Shown here: piece after piece, positions 1-9,838 of the stretch
How positions within the stretch are numbered: the first letter of the stretch is position 1
How the letters are laid out: each line of letters begins with the position of its first letter
IMG/VR virus record: IMGVR_UViG_3300032665_000019
Direction: 5' to 3' (one strand)
Source of the DNA: an uncultured virus (IMG/VR IMGVR_UViG_3300032665_000019)
Lineage: Duplodnaviria > Heunggongvirae > Uroviricota > Caudoviricetes
DNA length: 64,000 bases
Program-made: the position numbers and the translations under genes
The notes under the pieces: generated by a model
What the model was told of the DNA's origin: nothing
The model's database searches: none
Seen by the model: only the letters and a program-made list of their open reading frames with translations

Positions 1-3000
1 TTGTAAGTGCAAACCCCTTTCGCATTGGGGTGAGCCGAAGCAACTGGAATATTTAAATCCAAAATTGTAGTACCTGCACCTGTTGCCAAAACTAATACAT
101 TGCCTGAAATCGTTACTACATTCCCGGTTTGAATCCAGTACAATGAATCTGCTGTACTGCTGGTAACATTTGTTGTGTTGGAAATTGTAGGTACATATAC
201 GCCATTATTAATTGTACTATCAAAACTCCCATCCCCTTTTAAAAACACGCCTGAGCCGTGATATTTTGTTTTAAAAGCAGTTGATAAAATAGAACCGGCT
301 GCCTGAATAATATCCACATTATTATCGGCGGTACTAGGACCTATAATCCAGTTGCCACCGCCTTTAATTCGCCCTCTCTGTGTATAACCATTCGTCCTGA
401 ATACAACGTCTCCATTCTGCACATTTTCTATATATACTGTGCTTCCATCTGTTGCGAATCGTGCGGTTTCAGAAGAAGCCGAAGTATACCAAATAGAAAT
501 TGCGCCGGATATAAAATTAAATTTTTCCGGTCCTGAAGGTTGCGTGCCCCCAAAACTTAAATTGCTACCTGATTGTAATATTTGCCCGTTTGTAAACAAA
601 CCAGAACCGTTAGACAAAGGGAAATATCCGCTAGTTATCCCAAGCATAGGCTGGAATAATGAAGCTGCTTTACTCTGTGTGAGAACATTACCAGTACCGG
701 TATAAGTCGTATCTGATAAGTGCAACGCTAAACTATCATTATTTATCTTCACCCAGGTATTGCCATTGCAGGAATATACACCAGCTGGCTTGTATGATGT
801 ATTGGTATTTAGTGCAATATCATCCAGATTCTTAGATAACTGAAACAGGTCGCATGGAAAATCAGGGTTTATAACCCTTACTGTTTGCGTCCCTGATCTT
901 TGAACCCCTGTCCAGTTATTCAAGGCTCTAACCCCTGCACCACGAACTGTTAGTGTATTTGTCCCGTATACATAGAATAATCCTGGATTTGGGCAAGTGT
1001 CTATGGCTACATTGCTCAAAGTAATATCCAGTGATGATGCCATATCCGAAAACCTAGACGTGTATTTAGAGTAAAAATTTGATACTACACAAGAGTTGAT
1101 AGTATCTCCCGATGGGTACTGAATTACATTGCCGGAATAATTTACTGTGGTATTGCTTATCTGTAAAGAATTGGTGATGTTTTTTGGAGGATTTATGAAA
1201 AAATTACTTGCTGTAAAATTCCTATCATAATTAACATTGTCATTGACAATTTTTATATTTGAAATTTTACTTGCATTACTAAAATTATAAGTATTCCCCC
1301 CAACTCCGGTAGAAGTATGGATATTATTGGATAACTCAATAGAATTGATTGGATTACTGCCTGATACCTGCAATAACTTAGAAGTTTGCGAATTAGTGTT
1401 AGCACAGACAAGGCTATTGTTGCTGAATATAATATCATCGTTCCCGCCGAAAAAAGAAAATGCAGAAGAAAAATAACCATTGTTATAAGCATATAACCGG
1501 TTATTAGTCATCTTCGCATTTTTCACATACACATAAGAAGATGATGCCAAAAATGAAACATTTACATTTTTTGCAAATGAGACACAATTATCAACTAATA
1601 TACCATTTATAATTGTACCATTTGCGCCTCCTAATCCGAAAATAGTTTGCGCTGAAGAAAGTAAGCTATCGGAAAATTTGCAATCTCGAATTATTACATT
1701 TTCGACATAATAAGCGCTAAATGAAAATAGGTTCGGTGTCCTTCCAGTAGGGACAATATACCCCTGTATATTTTTAAAGGATATATTTTTTATTGTTGCA
1801 TTGCCGAACATCTGGTCATCGGATAATATTACACCTCCTGAAAATGTATCGCAATTAACCTGTTCTATATCTATATCCTGTAATATTGTTCCATATGCGC
1901 CTTCCAATCTCAATATGCCTGTTAGAGAAGCACCGTAAATATTACTTACATTCAAACCCTTCAAAGTTCCATATATTTCACCGAGGCTATCCTTAGAAGA
2001 ATTAGGCCAGTCTCTTGTTGTGATGCCAATAAAATCGTCTCCGGTTCTTCCTGAAATGTTTGAAATATTAACTGATTTGTTACATCCGGTTAAATGAATT
2101 CCATCTGAATAAGTTGAAAAATTTATATCCTGAATATTAACAATATTACAGTCAGCCACAGATATTGCATAATTTCCTCCGGCTGTATTTCCCCAAGATT
2201 TAAAATTTGAACCATTTATTTTCAAATTATTTATTCTTCGCATCTTAACCCCCATATCCTGGAATTGCCCCTTAATAAAATTGCCCCCTGAAATCTCAAT
2301 GCAGGAATCTATGTTATAAATCACTAAAGGTTGATTAGTAACAGCCCAAGTAGTATTGATGTCAATTAGTGCAGTTGTAGAGTTTACGACTTGAGTAATA
2401 TGCCCGTACAAATCCGTATGTGTTGGGTCTGCATATTTCAAACCAGAGCTGTCCGTCTGAGGGTAACCAGCCTTTTTAAGAGTTATAGCTCTACCAACAT
2501 CTGTACCTATAAAATTTGCAGTTGCAGAATAAATAGTATCTGAAGATGCATTACAAGTCCCATCTGTTAGCGTTCTGTTAGGAACTACCGTTGCATAATT
2601 TTGTAACATCTGAAATGATGCATTAGCAACCAACATCGACCCTTTGTCAAAATCAATTTTTTGATTTGAATGCATCGTAAGTGGGGATGATATAACAAAT
2701 TTCCCTGAAAAATAAATCTTACCTGCGTTAGTATTCAATGCTAATTGTATGGCATTCGTAGCGTCTGTACTTGAATCCCCTTTTGCCCCTGCCCAATTTA
2801 CATTTACTCCAAATGAATTATTGTATTGCCTTAACCAAAATCCTCCACCACTTCTGTTAAATACTGTAACACTATCCGGCTTACCAGTAGCGGAATAAAC
2901 AAATACACCCCCTCTAAGTGAATCTGAAACAATTACTATTGTTGATGGTGTAGAATACCCTTCTAATGCAGGAATTGTGGGTACTATTGATAATCCTACA

Positions 3001-3230
3001 TTACCGCCGCATAACGTGTACCAAGTTCCATTACCATAATACATATTACCGCCAACAACTGAAAATCCGTTCTTAGTTGAAGTGGTGTCTATTTTCACGG
3101 TTACCTCATTGGAATTGCCAAATGTCCCACCGGTTGCACCGCTATGTATTTTCCCATCAGCCCCAATCAATACCTGCGACTTTCCGGCGAAAGAAACTAA
3201 AACAAAAAGTATTAAAATTATTTTTTTCAT
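1..3230 (-). CDS. Tailspike/depolymerase-like protein (pectate-lyase-like beta-helix) with N-terminal signal peptide; runs off the window edge (>1076 aa)
   Basis: Absent from the ORF track because it has no stop in the window. ATG at 3230, reads MKKIILILFVLVSFAGKSQ... open to position 3. Contains 'VNVNWAGAKGDSSTDATNAIQLAL' (Pectate_lyase_3-type start), GH28-like 'SDGIH...TGDDFIGI', Asn/Ile-rich beta-helix repeats and a C-terminal 'GVYVPT...GNVVTISG' fibre-knob-like segment. Confidence 0.8.
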   Translation of the reverse strand, partial: MKKIILILFVLVSFAGKSQVLIGADGKIHSGATGGTFGNSNEVTVKIDTTSTKNGFSVVGGNMYYGNGTWYTLCGGNVGLSIVPTIPALEGYSTPSTIVIVSDSLRGGVFVYSATGKPDSVTVFNRSGGGFWLRQYNNSFGVNVNWAGAKGDSSTDATNAIQLALNTNAGKIYFSGKFVISSPLTMHSNQKIDFDKGSMLVANASFQMLQNYATVVPNRTLTDGTCNASSDTIYSATANFIGTDVGRAITLKKAGYPQTDSSGLKYADPTHTDLYGHITQVVNSTTALIDINTTWAVTNQPLVIYNIDSCIEISGGNFIKGQFQDMGVKMRRINNLKINGSNFKSWGNTAGGNYAISVADCNIVNIQDINFSTYSDGIHLTGCNKSVNISNISGRTGDDFIGITTRDWPNSSKDSLGEIYGTLKGLNVSNIYGASLTGILRLEGAYGTILQDIDIEQVNCDTFSGGVILSDDQMFGNATIKNISFKNIQGYIVPTGRTPNLFSFSAYYVENVIIRDCKFSDSLLSSAQTIFGLGGANGTIINGILVDNCVSFAKNVNVSFLASSSYVYVKNAKMTNNRLYAYNNGYFSSAFSFFGGNDDIIFSNNSLVCANTNSQTSKLLQVSGSNPINSIELSNNIHTSTGVGGNTYNFSNASKISNIKIVNDNVNYDRNFTASNFFINPPKNITNSLQISNTTVNYSGNVIQYPSGDTINSCVVSNFYSKYTSRFSDMASSLDITLSNVAIDTCPNPGLFYVYGTNTLTVRGAGVRALNNWTGVQRSGTQTVRVINPDFPCDLFQLSKNLDDIALNTNTSYKPAGVYSCNGNTWVKINNDSLALHLSDTTYTGTGNVLTQSKAASLFQPMLGITSGYFPLSNGSGLFTNGQILQSGSNLSFGGTQPSGPEKFNFISGAISIWYTSASSETARFATDGSTVYIENVQNGDVVFRTNGYTQRGRIKGGGNWIIGPSTADNNVDIIQAAGSILSTAFKTKYHGSGVFLKGDGSFDSTINNGVYVPTISNTTNVTSSTADSLYWIQTGNVVTISGNVLVLATGAGTTILDLNIPVASAHPNAKGVCTY

Positions 3231-3231
3231 G

Positions 3232-4017
3232 TTAATTGACATTTAAAGTTGTAGTTCCTACTGAACCGAATAGGTTTACTGAAACTGAAATATATCCGGT
3301 GAAAGTTCCACCGCTTGAGTTAGTGAAAGTCTTTGAACTATTCAGATTGAACGCTGCTGTTGAAGGAAAACCATTGATTGAAACTGTATTGATTGAAACT
3401 GTATTGACTATGAATAAATACTTATCACTTCCTAACTGTGCTAATACTGTGCTTAATGGAACCATTCCACCATAATTGTCCTGATATACTGCTGCTAAAA
3501 TTTCTGCATTGGTCGGGGTTGAAGTTGCTGCCCATCCGATGTACCTTTTGTCATAAACACTAAAATAAGTATATCCGATTGCACTCTTGCCGTCTGTTGT
3601 TTTTACTGTATCTGTGAATGTTGTATTACTGTTATAAGTAACTGTAACCGATTGAGATCCTGAAACGGAACTACCTGCTGCTGGCTGGCTGAATGTTTGA
3701 CTAACACCTGCCACCACAATAGAACTAAGTGGATTAGTTGCAAGGATATTCGTTCCTGATGCTTGTCGCCCTGCTGACCATCCTAATGAAGCTGTAAATG
3801 TTCCAGCTGCATGGCGTTCATAGGAATAACCGCCGGAAAGTGTTGCGGTTGGGGGTTGGGTTTGAACCTTAACAAAAGAAAGTAAAGTATCATTTAAAGC
3901 TGTATGGGTAACGTATACAAACGAGTCGATACTTGGTAGCCTTAATATCACCTTATTCTGTCCGTTTGCCAGATAAGCTGTGAAGATTAATACTATTAAT
4001 AGTTTTATATATTTCAT
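3232..4017 (-). CDS. Ser/Thr-rich beta-strand protein with signal peptide (putative virion appendage or exported protein)
   Basis: 261 aa ORF; MKYIKLLIVLIFTAYLANG|Q signal peptide; tightly packed with neighbours. Confidence 0.65.
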   Translation of the reverse strand: MKYIKLLIVLIFTAYLANGQNKVILRLPSIDSFVYVTHTALNDTLLSFVKVQTQPPTATLSGGYSYERHAAGTFTASLGWSAGRQASGTNILATNPLSSIVVAGVSQTFSQPAAGSSVSGSQSVTVTYNSNTTFTDTVKTTDGKSAIGYTYFSVYDKRYIGWAATSTPTNAEILAAVYQDNYGGMVPLSTVLAQLGSDKYLFIVNTVSINTVSINGFPSTAAFNLNSSKTFTNSSGGTFTGYISVSVNLFGSVGTTTLNVN

Positions 4018-4019
4018 AT

Positions 4020-5168
4020 TTAATCAATTACATATAGTACTGTAAACCTCAGTGTTTGACTGTCTCCAACATAAGAATCGTAAAATGATATTTGCATAGT
4101 AGATGACGACCCGCCTGGTACTATCGTGCACGCGCTTGAATAAGGAGAGTTAACCATAGGGGCAGTCCCTGATCCTGTTAAATCAGGTGTGCCACCGGAA
4201 AAACTAGTTCCTACAGGTAGTGTTATAATAACATGAGGCAATGTACCTGTTGTGGTATAGTTTATACTGCCTGAAAAACTAACTACATTGCCCACCCTTA
4301 AATACATACCCCTGTAAACAGTTATCCCAGATAGTCCACTTGAAGATGAGACATTAGGCGTATAAGTACCACTTGTTACTGTTTGCGTAGAACCGTCTGC
4401 ATTTAAAACAGAAGTAGCTGTGCCTCCATTTTTCTTAATTACATTAGCCTCTACAACTGCAAATGGATACCTATCTGTCCCTACCGAATCTGTATTAGCC
4501 GTACTGGGATACACATTACCTGAATTTACAGCAAAACTACCTGCGGAAAATGTTTTCGTTCCAGCGTCCCCATAGATAGCAGTATAACCTGACGTGTCTT
4601 GCAAACCCATATACCCATTGCCTGATGTTGTTTGGCCCATCGCTATGATCGGTACTGTTCCTGCGAAATTGTATCCTACAAAATTATATGCGCCTAAATT
4701 ACTATTTGCCTGCGATTGCACGTAAGATGTAGACGTGAGCCTACCAGCTACAATAGCGTTTGTAGTGCTATTACCCGCATTAGTTACAGACTGCAGAGAC
4801 GGCACACCCCCATTCCCCTCTACAATTAAAGTATCAGGATTGCCGCTAAATCTTTTAAACAAAGCTGTGGTGTCGTTTAATTTTGAAACAGAATCTAATC
4901 CGGCACCTCTGGCAATAGGCTGCCACCAACCCCCATTTCCTTTATTAATATACAAGTTAGAATCTAATCCCATTACTACTGTCCCGTATTTTGGTCGAAA
5001 ATTAGTAGTATCATGAAAAGCGAACATTTTAGCAGAATCCAATGTCCCCCATAACTGATAGTAATTTGTTAAAGATTTAACAGATGGCGGGTTAGCCGGT
5101 TGCTGAGTTTGAGTGAATCCAGCGATAAATACTATGCAGAGTATTAAAAGTAAGACTATTCGTTTCAT
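4020..5168 (-). CDS. Tail-fibre-like protein with signal peptide and C-terminal receptor-binding-knob-like domain
   Basis: MKRIVLLLILCIVFIAGFT|Q; 'PSLQSVTNAGNSTT' fibre motif; 'SVLNADGS...SGTYTP...YLRVGNVVSFSG...ITLPV' C-terminal fibre domain. Confidence 0.7.
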   Translation of the reverse strand: MKRIVLLLILCIVFIAGFTQTQQPANPPSVKSLTNYYQLWGTLDSAKMFAFHDTTNFRPKYGTVVMGLDSNLYINKGNGGWWQPIARGAGLDSVSKLNDTTALFKRFSGNPDTLIVEGNGGVPSLQSVTNAGNSTTNAIVAGRLTSTSYVQSQANSNLGAYNFVGYNFAGTVPIIAMGQTTSGNGYMGLQDTSGYTAIYGDAGTKTFSAGSFAVNSGNVYPSTANTDSVGTDRYPFAVVEANVIKKNGGTATSVLNADGSTQTVTSGTYTPNVSSSSGLSGITVYRGMYLRVGNVVSFSGSINYTTTGTLPHVIITLPVGTSFSGGTPDLTGSGTAPMVNSPYSSACTIVPGGSSSTMQISFYDSYVGDSQTLRFTVLYVID

Positions 5169-5172
5169 GCTC

Positions 5173-5203
5173 TAAAGATATTGCTATTTTTCATACCAAC
5201 AAA
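5173..5203 (-). promoter_or_regulatory. Bacteroidota-type sigma70 promoter (-33 TTTG, -7 TATCTTTA variant)
   Basis: Reverse complement gives TTTG-N19-TATCTTTA ending 4 nt before the ATG at 5168. Confidence 0.5.
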
Positions 5204-5280
5204 TAGGCAGACAATACATTGATATACAGTGTTATATGCGTACTTTTAAATTCCTGCGTAATATTTTTTTTTAAAATAAA

Positions 5281-5316
5281 TTTGGAAGTTTAGATATATA
5301 ATCCCAATTTTGGGAT
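5281..5316 (+). promoter_or_regulatory. Bacteroidota-type promoter with overlapping palindrome (candidate operator)
   Basis: AAAATAAA-TTTG (5281-5284), N20, CAATTTTG (5305-5312); ATCCCA-ATTT-TGGGAT palindrome at 5301-5316, upstream of the XRE gene. Confidence 0.5.
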
Positions 5317-5335
5317 ACAATACCAATTAAGAGTT

Positions 5336-5581
5336 ATGTATAATTTCACTTTTGATGCAAAAAACTTTTCTAAAGCCGTAAAAATCAAACGAACCATAGA
5401 AGAAGTTTTAACTACAGCCCAGGCCGCGTTGCATCTGGGAATATCGCCTAGCGAACTAAACAGAATAGAGTCGGGGAAACGACCAGCATTAGATGATTAT
5501 GCGAGGCTTTGCGCCTGGATTGAAAAGCCTATGACAGATTTTGTCAGTGTAAATAAGGCTACCGCCCATACCCGGAATTAA
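5336..5581 (+). CDS. XRE-family helix-turn-helix regulator
   Basis: 'LTTAQAALHLGISPSELNRIESGKRPALDDYARLCAWI' is an HTH_3-type pattern. Confidence 0.85.
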   Translation: MYNFTFDAKNFSKAVKIKRTIEEVLTTAQAALHLGISPSELNRIESGKRPALDDYARLCAWIEKPMTDFVSVNKATAHTRN

Positions 5582-5603
5582 CGTAAATTTAAAACACACA
5601 TAT

Positions 5604-6467
5604 ATGCCTCAGAAACTTCCAACCCTCGCAGAGTTGCATCATGCACCGGACGAGGCTTTTAAAAACGACGAATTAAACCGGTTATTATCTCAGCCGGTAC
5701 ATAAAGACTGGATACGCAAGCATCCAATCATTAAAGTAAAAAATGAGTTTAACCAGTTCGTCCCACTGGAATATATTCCGGTTGATAAAATTGAATTCTT
5801 ACTCACAAAAATCTTCCAGAAATGGAGAAGGGAGATTAAGTCAGTACAGGTTTGCTTTCATTCCATTGCAGTAACTGTACGTTTACATGTTCTTAATCCT
5901 ATATCCGGGGAATGGGAATACAATGATGGAGTAGGTGCTGTGGCTGTTCAGACAGACCAGGGCGCGTCTGCTGCTGATTTGGATAAGATAAAAGCAAATG
6001 CAGTACAGATAGCATTACCCGCTGCCGCCAGTTATGCATTTAAAGATGCAGCAGAATGTTTTGGCACTATTTTCGGAAAGGATTTGAACAAAAGGAATAC
6101 GGCAGAGTTTCAGGGATCATACAGCCCTGAAGAACCGCTATCACCAGTTCAACAGGCTATGGCGAAGCAGCCTGCTCAGGTCATCCATCCTGACCCAGTT
6201 GCACAAAATCAGGTTAAATACCCGCCTGAACAGACCGGCCCTGCCGAGTACGCGCCTATCCAGCAGCCGTTAAGCCAGAACTTCCCGCAACCACAGCAGG
6301 CCGCGCCTATGCATCCTAGTTTTGGACCACCTCCTGGAAGGTTTGAACAGCCTGAACGCTCGACACATCAATTCCAGCAGCCTCAACCTGCATCTGCGCA
6401 AGGTCAGTTTGCTCCTCAGCAACAATGGCCAGCGCAGACTCAGCAACCTAATCCTTACGAACTTTAA
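5604..6467 (+). CDS. ssDNA-annealing recombinase (Rad52/Sak-like) with Q/P-rich tail
   Basis: 'EYIPVDKIEFLLTKIFQKW...VTVRLHV...DGVGA...AASYAFKDAAECFG..FGKDL' resembles Rad52_Rad22-type SSAPs; located in the recombination module. Confidence 0.7.
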   Translation: MPQKLPTLAELHHAPDEAFKNDELNRLLSQPVHKDWIRKHPIIKVKNEFNQFVPLEYIPVDKIEFLLTKIFQKWRREIKSVQVCFHSIAVTVRLHVLNPISGEWEYNDGVGAVAVQTDQGASAADLDKIKANAVQIALPAAASYAFKDAAECFGTIFGKDLNKRNTAEFQGSYSPEEPLSPVQQAMAKQPAQVIHPDPVAQNQVKYPPEQTGPAEYAPIQQPLSQNFPQPQQAAPMHPSFGPPPGRFEQPERSTHQFQQPQPASAQGQFAPQQQWPAQTQQPNPYEL

Positions 6468-6478
6468 AACATAATTAA

Positions 6479-7705
6479 ATGCAAACAGGAAATAACAACA
6501 TGTATCCGGTAAGTGATACACAGCCAGAATATCAGATGCAACCTAATAACACACAACCACAATATCCCGCGCAGAAAATAAGCGGCCTGCAACTAACCCA
6601 GGCAAGCAATTTACCTGTCCCCGAACATCTTGAACCTTACCGTGGGTGGATGAAATTGAAAGACAAGAAAGATGACTTATTGAAGGAATTGCAGGGAGAT
6701 GAGTTGGCCGCGCAACAAACATTGAAAAATATACACCCAACTGGACAGCCTTTGACTATAACAGAACGCGAAGAAGCCGTTAAATCTTACCGTGTTATAT
6801 GGTCGTCTATGGTTGAAAAAAGAAGACAGTTTACCGGATACATAGAGTCGCAACTATTTACTCAGGTCATGGAACCAGAAAAAAGGCTGGATCCAAAATC
6901 CTCTGCGGCCTTTACTTCTTATGCCCAGGTGACGTTAAACATGAAGCTGGAAGAAGAAAAAAAAGCAAACACGCAACAGGCAATTCAACAGGAATTAGCG
7001 CAGTTCGAGGCGTTTTTGAAAAATGAATATAGCAGAGTTGTCTCTGAATATAGAATACAGGTGTACAATGAGATAGATAAAATGTACAGGATATGCTTAC
7101 AAGCAGACGCAAGTTTGCCGGCAGAAAAAACACCTTACCCTAATACCAGGCAGTTGAATGAAATGTTAGTCCAGATTCCATTAGGCGGCATAAATAGATT
7201 TAACAGGCAATTTGCGTCACCAGACCAATTAAATCAAATATGGTCACGCACCCCGCAGCCTAACTTTTCTATATTACAGGAGGAAATGCTGAAAGAAGTT
7301 GATAGTAAATTTGCGTTATATGCTAATGACTTGGCTGTTATGCGATCTGGCGGTAGCCCGTCTTTTCAGGAAGAAACAGCTCAGCAGATACAGCAGATAC
7401 AGCAGGAAGCATCACAAGAGATGGCAGCGAACACGCTTATTGCGCACGCAGAATCTGTACCTGTAATTATCCCTGAAGGAAAGCCAGTGAAGCGATCATT
7501 AGAGCCCGTTATAGTTGAAACAGAAGCATACGCTACCGCTGTTATTATGAACTGGATTAAATACCCGGATTCTCATTCATATGCCCGTAACCGTAAGTGG
7601 TCCACTTTGGATATTGCACAAATGGCTACTGCTTTGGCAAAATACACTGGGGAAAAAGCACTCGCTGGTATGCAAGGGATGGAATTCAAGGAAGTAATAA
7701 AGTAA
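6479..7705 (+). CDS. Coiled-coil hypothetical protein in the recombination module
   Basis: 408 aa, helical and Q/E-rich, between SSAP and nuclease. Confidence 0.6.
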   Translation: MQTGNNNMYPVSDTQPEYQMQPNNTQPQYPAQKISGLQLTQASNLPVPEHLEPYRGWMKLKDKKDDLLKELQGDELAAQQTLKNIHPTGQPLTITEREEAVKSYRVIWSSMVEKRRQFTGYIESQLFTQVMEPEKRLDPKSSAAFTSYAQVTLNMKLEEEKKANTQQAIQQELAQFEAFLKNEYSRVVSEYRIQVYNEIDKMYRICLQADASLPAEKTPYPNTRQLNEMLVQIPLGGINRFNRQFASPDQLNQIWSRTPQPNFSILQEEMLKEVDSKFALYANDLAVMRSGGSPSFQEETAQQIQQIQQEASQEMAANTLIAHAESVPVIIPEGKPVKRSLEPVIVETEAYATAVIMNWIKYPDSHSYARNRKWSTLDIAQMATALAKYTGEKALAGMQGMEFKEVIK

Positions 7706-7800
7706 TACACTCTCCTACCCGATCCTGCATCCCCCGGCAGGCCGGGTGGGGAATAAACACATAAGTAACACACGTAAAGTACTCACGCAAATATTTTTCA

Positions 7801-8400
7801 ATGCAAGTATTTAATGTAAATATCTACCGGGAACTCGACTTTTCTCATTATCAAAGCCTACCCGGAACATCTTTTTCAGATATAAGGCATGGAGATAAGG
7901 ATGAAAATTTCACTCCAAGTGATAAAATGCTTTTAGGATCAGAGATTGATTGTTTTCTTTTTACGCCAGCTAAATACGTCCCATCTGGGAAGTTTGACCA
8001 ACGGCTTATCCGTGGATGCGCCAGAGCAGTAAAAGAACAGTTTGGTGCCGCATGGGTCAACTTGGAATTTCAGTTATCGGTGACAGCAGATTTTGAATTT
8101 AATGGTATGGTTTTTAAATTTAGAGGACGCCCTGATGGAGTATTGCGCGGGCTAAGCAAGGTATATTCTCCTAATACAGGTGGTGTTACGGTAGATTTGA
8201 AGGTATCTGAAAAGGTAGCCATAGAGCATATGAATTATGCAGAACAGTTAACTGGGTACTCTCTGGCTTTTGGTAATACCAGAAATTTAATACTGGCTGT
8301 CAATCCTAAGACTTTTACAACTACCTGGCATCCGGTGCCAATGCGAGTAGCGTGGTGGGAAAAGCAAGTGGTTATGAGAGGAGTGCCGAAGGGGAATTGA
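7801..8400 (+). CDS. PD-(D/E)XK exonuclease (RecE/ExoVIII-like)
   Basis: 'FRGRPDG...VDLKV...NYAEQLTGY' motifs; near the SSAP. Confidence 0.7.
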   Translation: MQVFNVNIYRELDFSHYQSLPGTSFSDIRHGDKDENFTPSDKMLLGSEIDCFLFTPAKYVPSGKFDQRLIRGCARAVKEQFGAAWVNLEFQLSVTADFEFNGMVFKFRGRPDGVLRGLSKVYSPNTGGVTVDLKVSEKVAIEHMNYAEQLTGYSLAFGNTRNLILAVNPKTFTTTWHPVPMRVAWWEKQVVMRGVPKGN

Positions 8401-8437
8401 ATACAAGTTACATGTGATTACTTTAAAACTTAATAAT

Positions 8438-8794
8438 ATGATAACAGCAACGCCATTACAATCGTCAATGCTTAAAAGTACCAGTTACGATCCTGAAACT
8501 AAAACGCTGGTCATAACTTTTAACCCAAGTAAAAAGCAAGTTGAACAGGGATTACCCGGTGATACTTTTTACTATTTTAATGTTCCATTCCATGTATTTG
8601 AGGGTATATTGGCCTCTGAAAGTGCAGGTAAATATTTTTTATCAGAAATTAAAGGGCTATACGAGGGAAGAAAAGTATCGGCGGATGATCAGTTTAAGCA
8701 GACGGAGGTAATCCCGGTTGAATATTCTGCTCCTACCCAATACCCTTACCCAACTCAATTACCAGATTTAAACTCAAAAAGGCCATGGGAGTAA
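8438..8794 (+). CDS. KTSC domain protein
   Basis: 'SSMLKSTSYDPETKTLVITF...YYFNVPFHVFEGILASESAGKYF' is the KTSC signature. ATG at 8438 preferred over the GTG at 8414. Confidence 0.85.
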   Translation: MITATPLQSSMLKSTSYDPETKTLVITFNPSKKQVEQGLPGDTFYYFNVPFHVFEGILASESAGKYFLSEIKGLYEGRKVSADDQFKQTEVIPVEYSAPTQYPYPTQLPDLNSKRPWE

Positions 8795-9216
8795 TCACAC
8801 CAGCTACAGTGCTTACTAATGTATGCAAGGCATTGGATGCAGATGAAAAAAAAGTAAGGTCTAAATCCAGAGTCCAATCATTGTGCATCGTTAGACATAT
8901 TTACTACTATGTGTCATTTTCTTACTACAAACTTACCAGCGGGTCGATCGCCAGGGAGATAGGGCGGCATCACACTACTACATTGCATTCTGTCACTACG
9001 GTAGAAGGCTGGATTAAAATAACTGATCCTATGTGCATGGAGATGTTAAAGACTGTGGAAGAAAAACTAGGTATCACTCTTAATGATGCAGATACGGTTA
9101 CGATACCGAGGACAGAATATGAGAGGTTAAAGAGTGAGGTGGAGAGGTTGAAAGAAATGGAACAACCCATCGAGAAAGCTATCCGTGGCAAAGGAGTAGG
9201 AGTATTGTTATATTAA
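8785..9216 (+). CDS. DnaA C-terminal-like helix-turn-helix protein
   Basis: 'SKSRVQSLCIVRHIYYY...SIAREIGRHHTTTLHS' matches the Bac_DnaA_C pattern. Confidence 0.8.
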   Translation: MGVITPATVLTNVCKALDADEKKVRSKSRVQSLCIVRHIYYYVSFSYYKLTSGSIAREIGRHHTTTLHSVTTVEGWIKITDPMCMEMLKTVEEKLGITLNDADTVTIPRTEYERLKSEVERLKEMEQPIEKAIRGKGVGVLLY

Positions 9217-9242
9217 AAAACGCCCGTAATCGGGTATTATAT

Positions 9243-9827
9243 ATGGTAAAATTGCAAATTATCGGTCATTTGGGCAAAGACGCCTTAATGAATAATGTAA
9301 ATGGGAAAAATGTAATAAATTTTTCCGTAGCGCATACAGAAAAATGGACGGATGTGCAAGGAGCACAGCAGTCTAAAACATTGTGGGTAGAATGTGCGTA
9401 CTGGACTGACAAAACAGCTATCTCTCAGTATTTAACAAAAGGTACACAGGTGTACGCTGAAGGTACACCAGAGGTCAGGACTTACACAGGTCAGGACGGG
9501 AAGCAGGGCGCTTCACTTTCTATCAGGGTATTAAGCGTACAGTTACTTGGTAGCCCGCAGCAGCAGCCACCAGCTCAGCAGCCTGGGTACGGCCCTAACC
9601 CCGCGTATCCGCAAGCTCAGCAGCCTGGGTACGGCCCTAACCCCGCGTATCCGCAAGCTCAGCCGCAATATCCAGCTCCGGGACAGCAGCCTCAATACCC
9701 GCAGCAGGGTCAGCAGTTGCCGCCAAACCAGTACCCGCAACAAGGCGCGCAAACACAGTACCCAACTCAGGGTGCACAAATGCCGCCGAATCAATATCAG
9801 GACCCTGCAGGTAAATTACCGTTTTAA
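9243..9827 (+). CDS. ssb: Single-stranded DNA-binding protein
   Basis: OB fold 'IIGHLGKDA...FSVAHTEKW...YLTKGTQVYAEG'; Q/P/Y-rich linker; ends KLPF. Confidence 0.95.
   Translation: MVKLQIIGHLGKDALMNNVNGKNVINFSVAHTEKWTDVQGAQQSKTLWVECAYWTDKTAISQYLTKGTQVYAEGTPEVRTYTGQDGKQGASLSIRVLSVQLLGSPQQQPPAQQPGYGPNPAYPQAQQPGYGPNPAYPQAQPQYPAPGQQPQYPQQGQQLPPNQYPQQGAQTQYPTQGAQMPPNQYQDPAGKLPF
9572..9663. repeat. Exact 42-bp tandem duplication in the ssb linker
   Basis: AGCTCAGCAGCCTGGGTACGGCCCTAACCCCGCGTATCCGCA at 9572-9613 and 9614-9655. Confidence 0.95.
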
Positions 9828-9838
9828 ATAATCTCCTT

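Noticed and set aside
439..1492. Short track ORFs 439-705 and 1253-1492, and similar antisense or out-of-frame ORFs across the window
   Set aside because: They lie within longer, motif-supported genes (here the unlisted 1-3230 tailspike) and lack independent features. The one exception kept is the nested MTase ORF.
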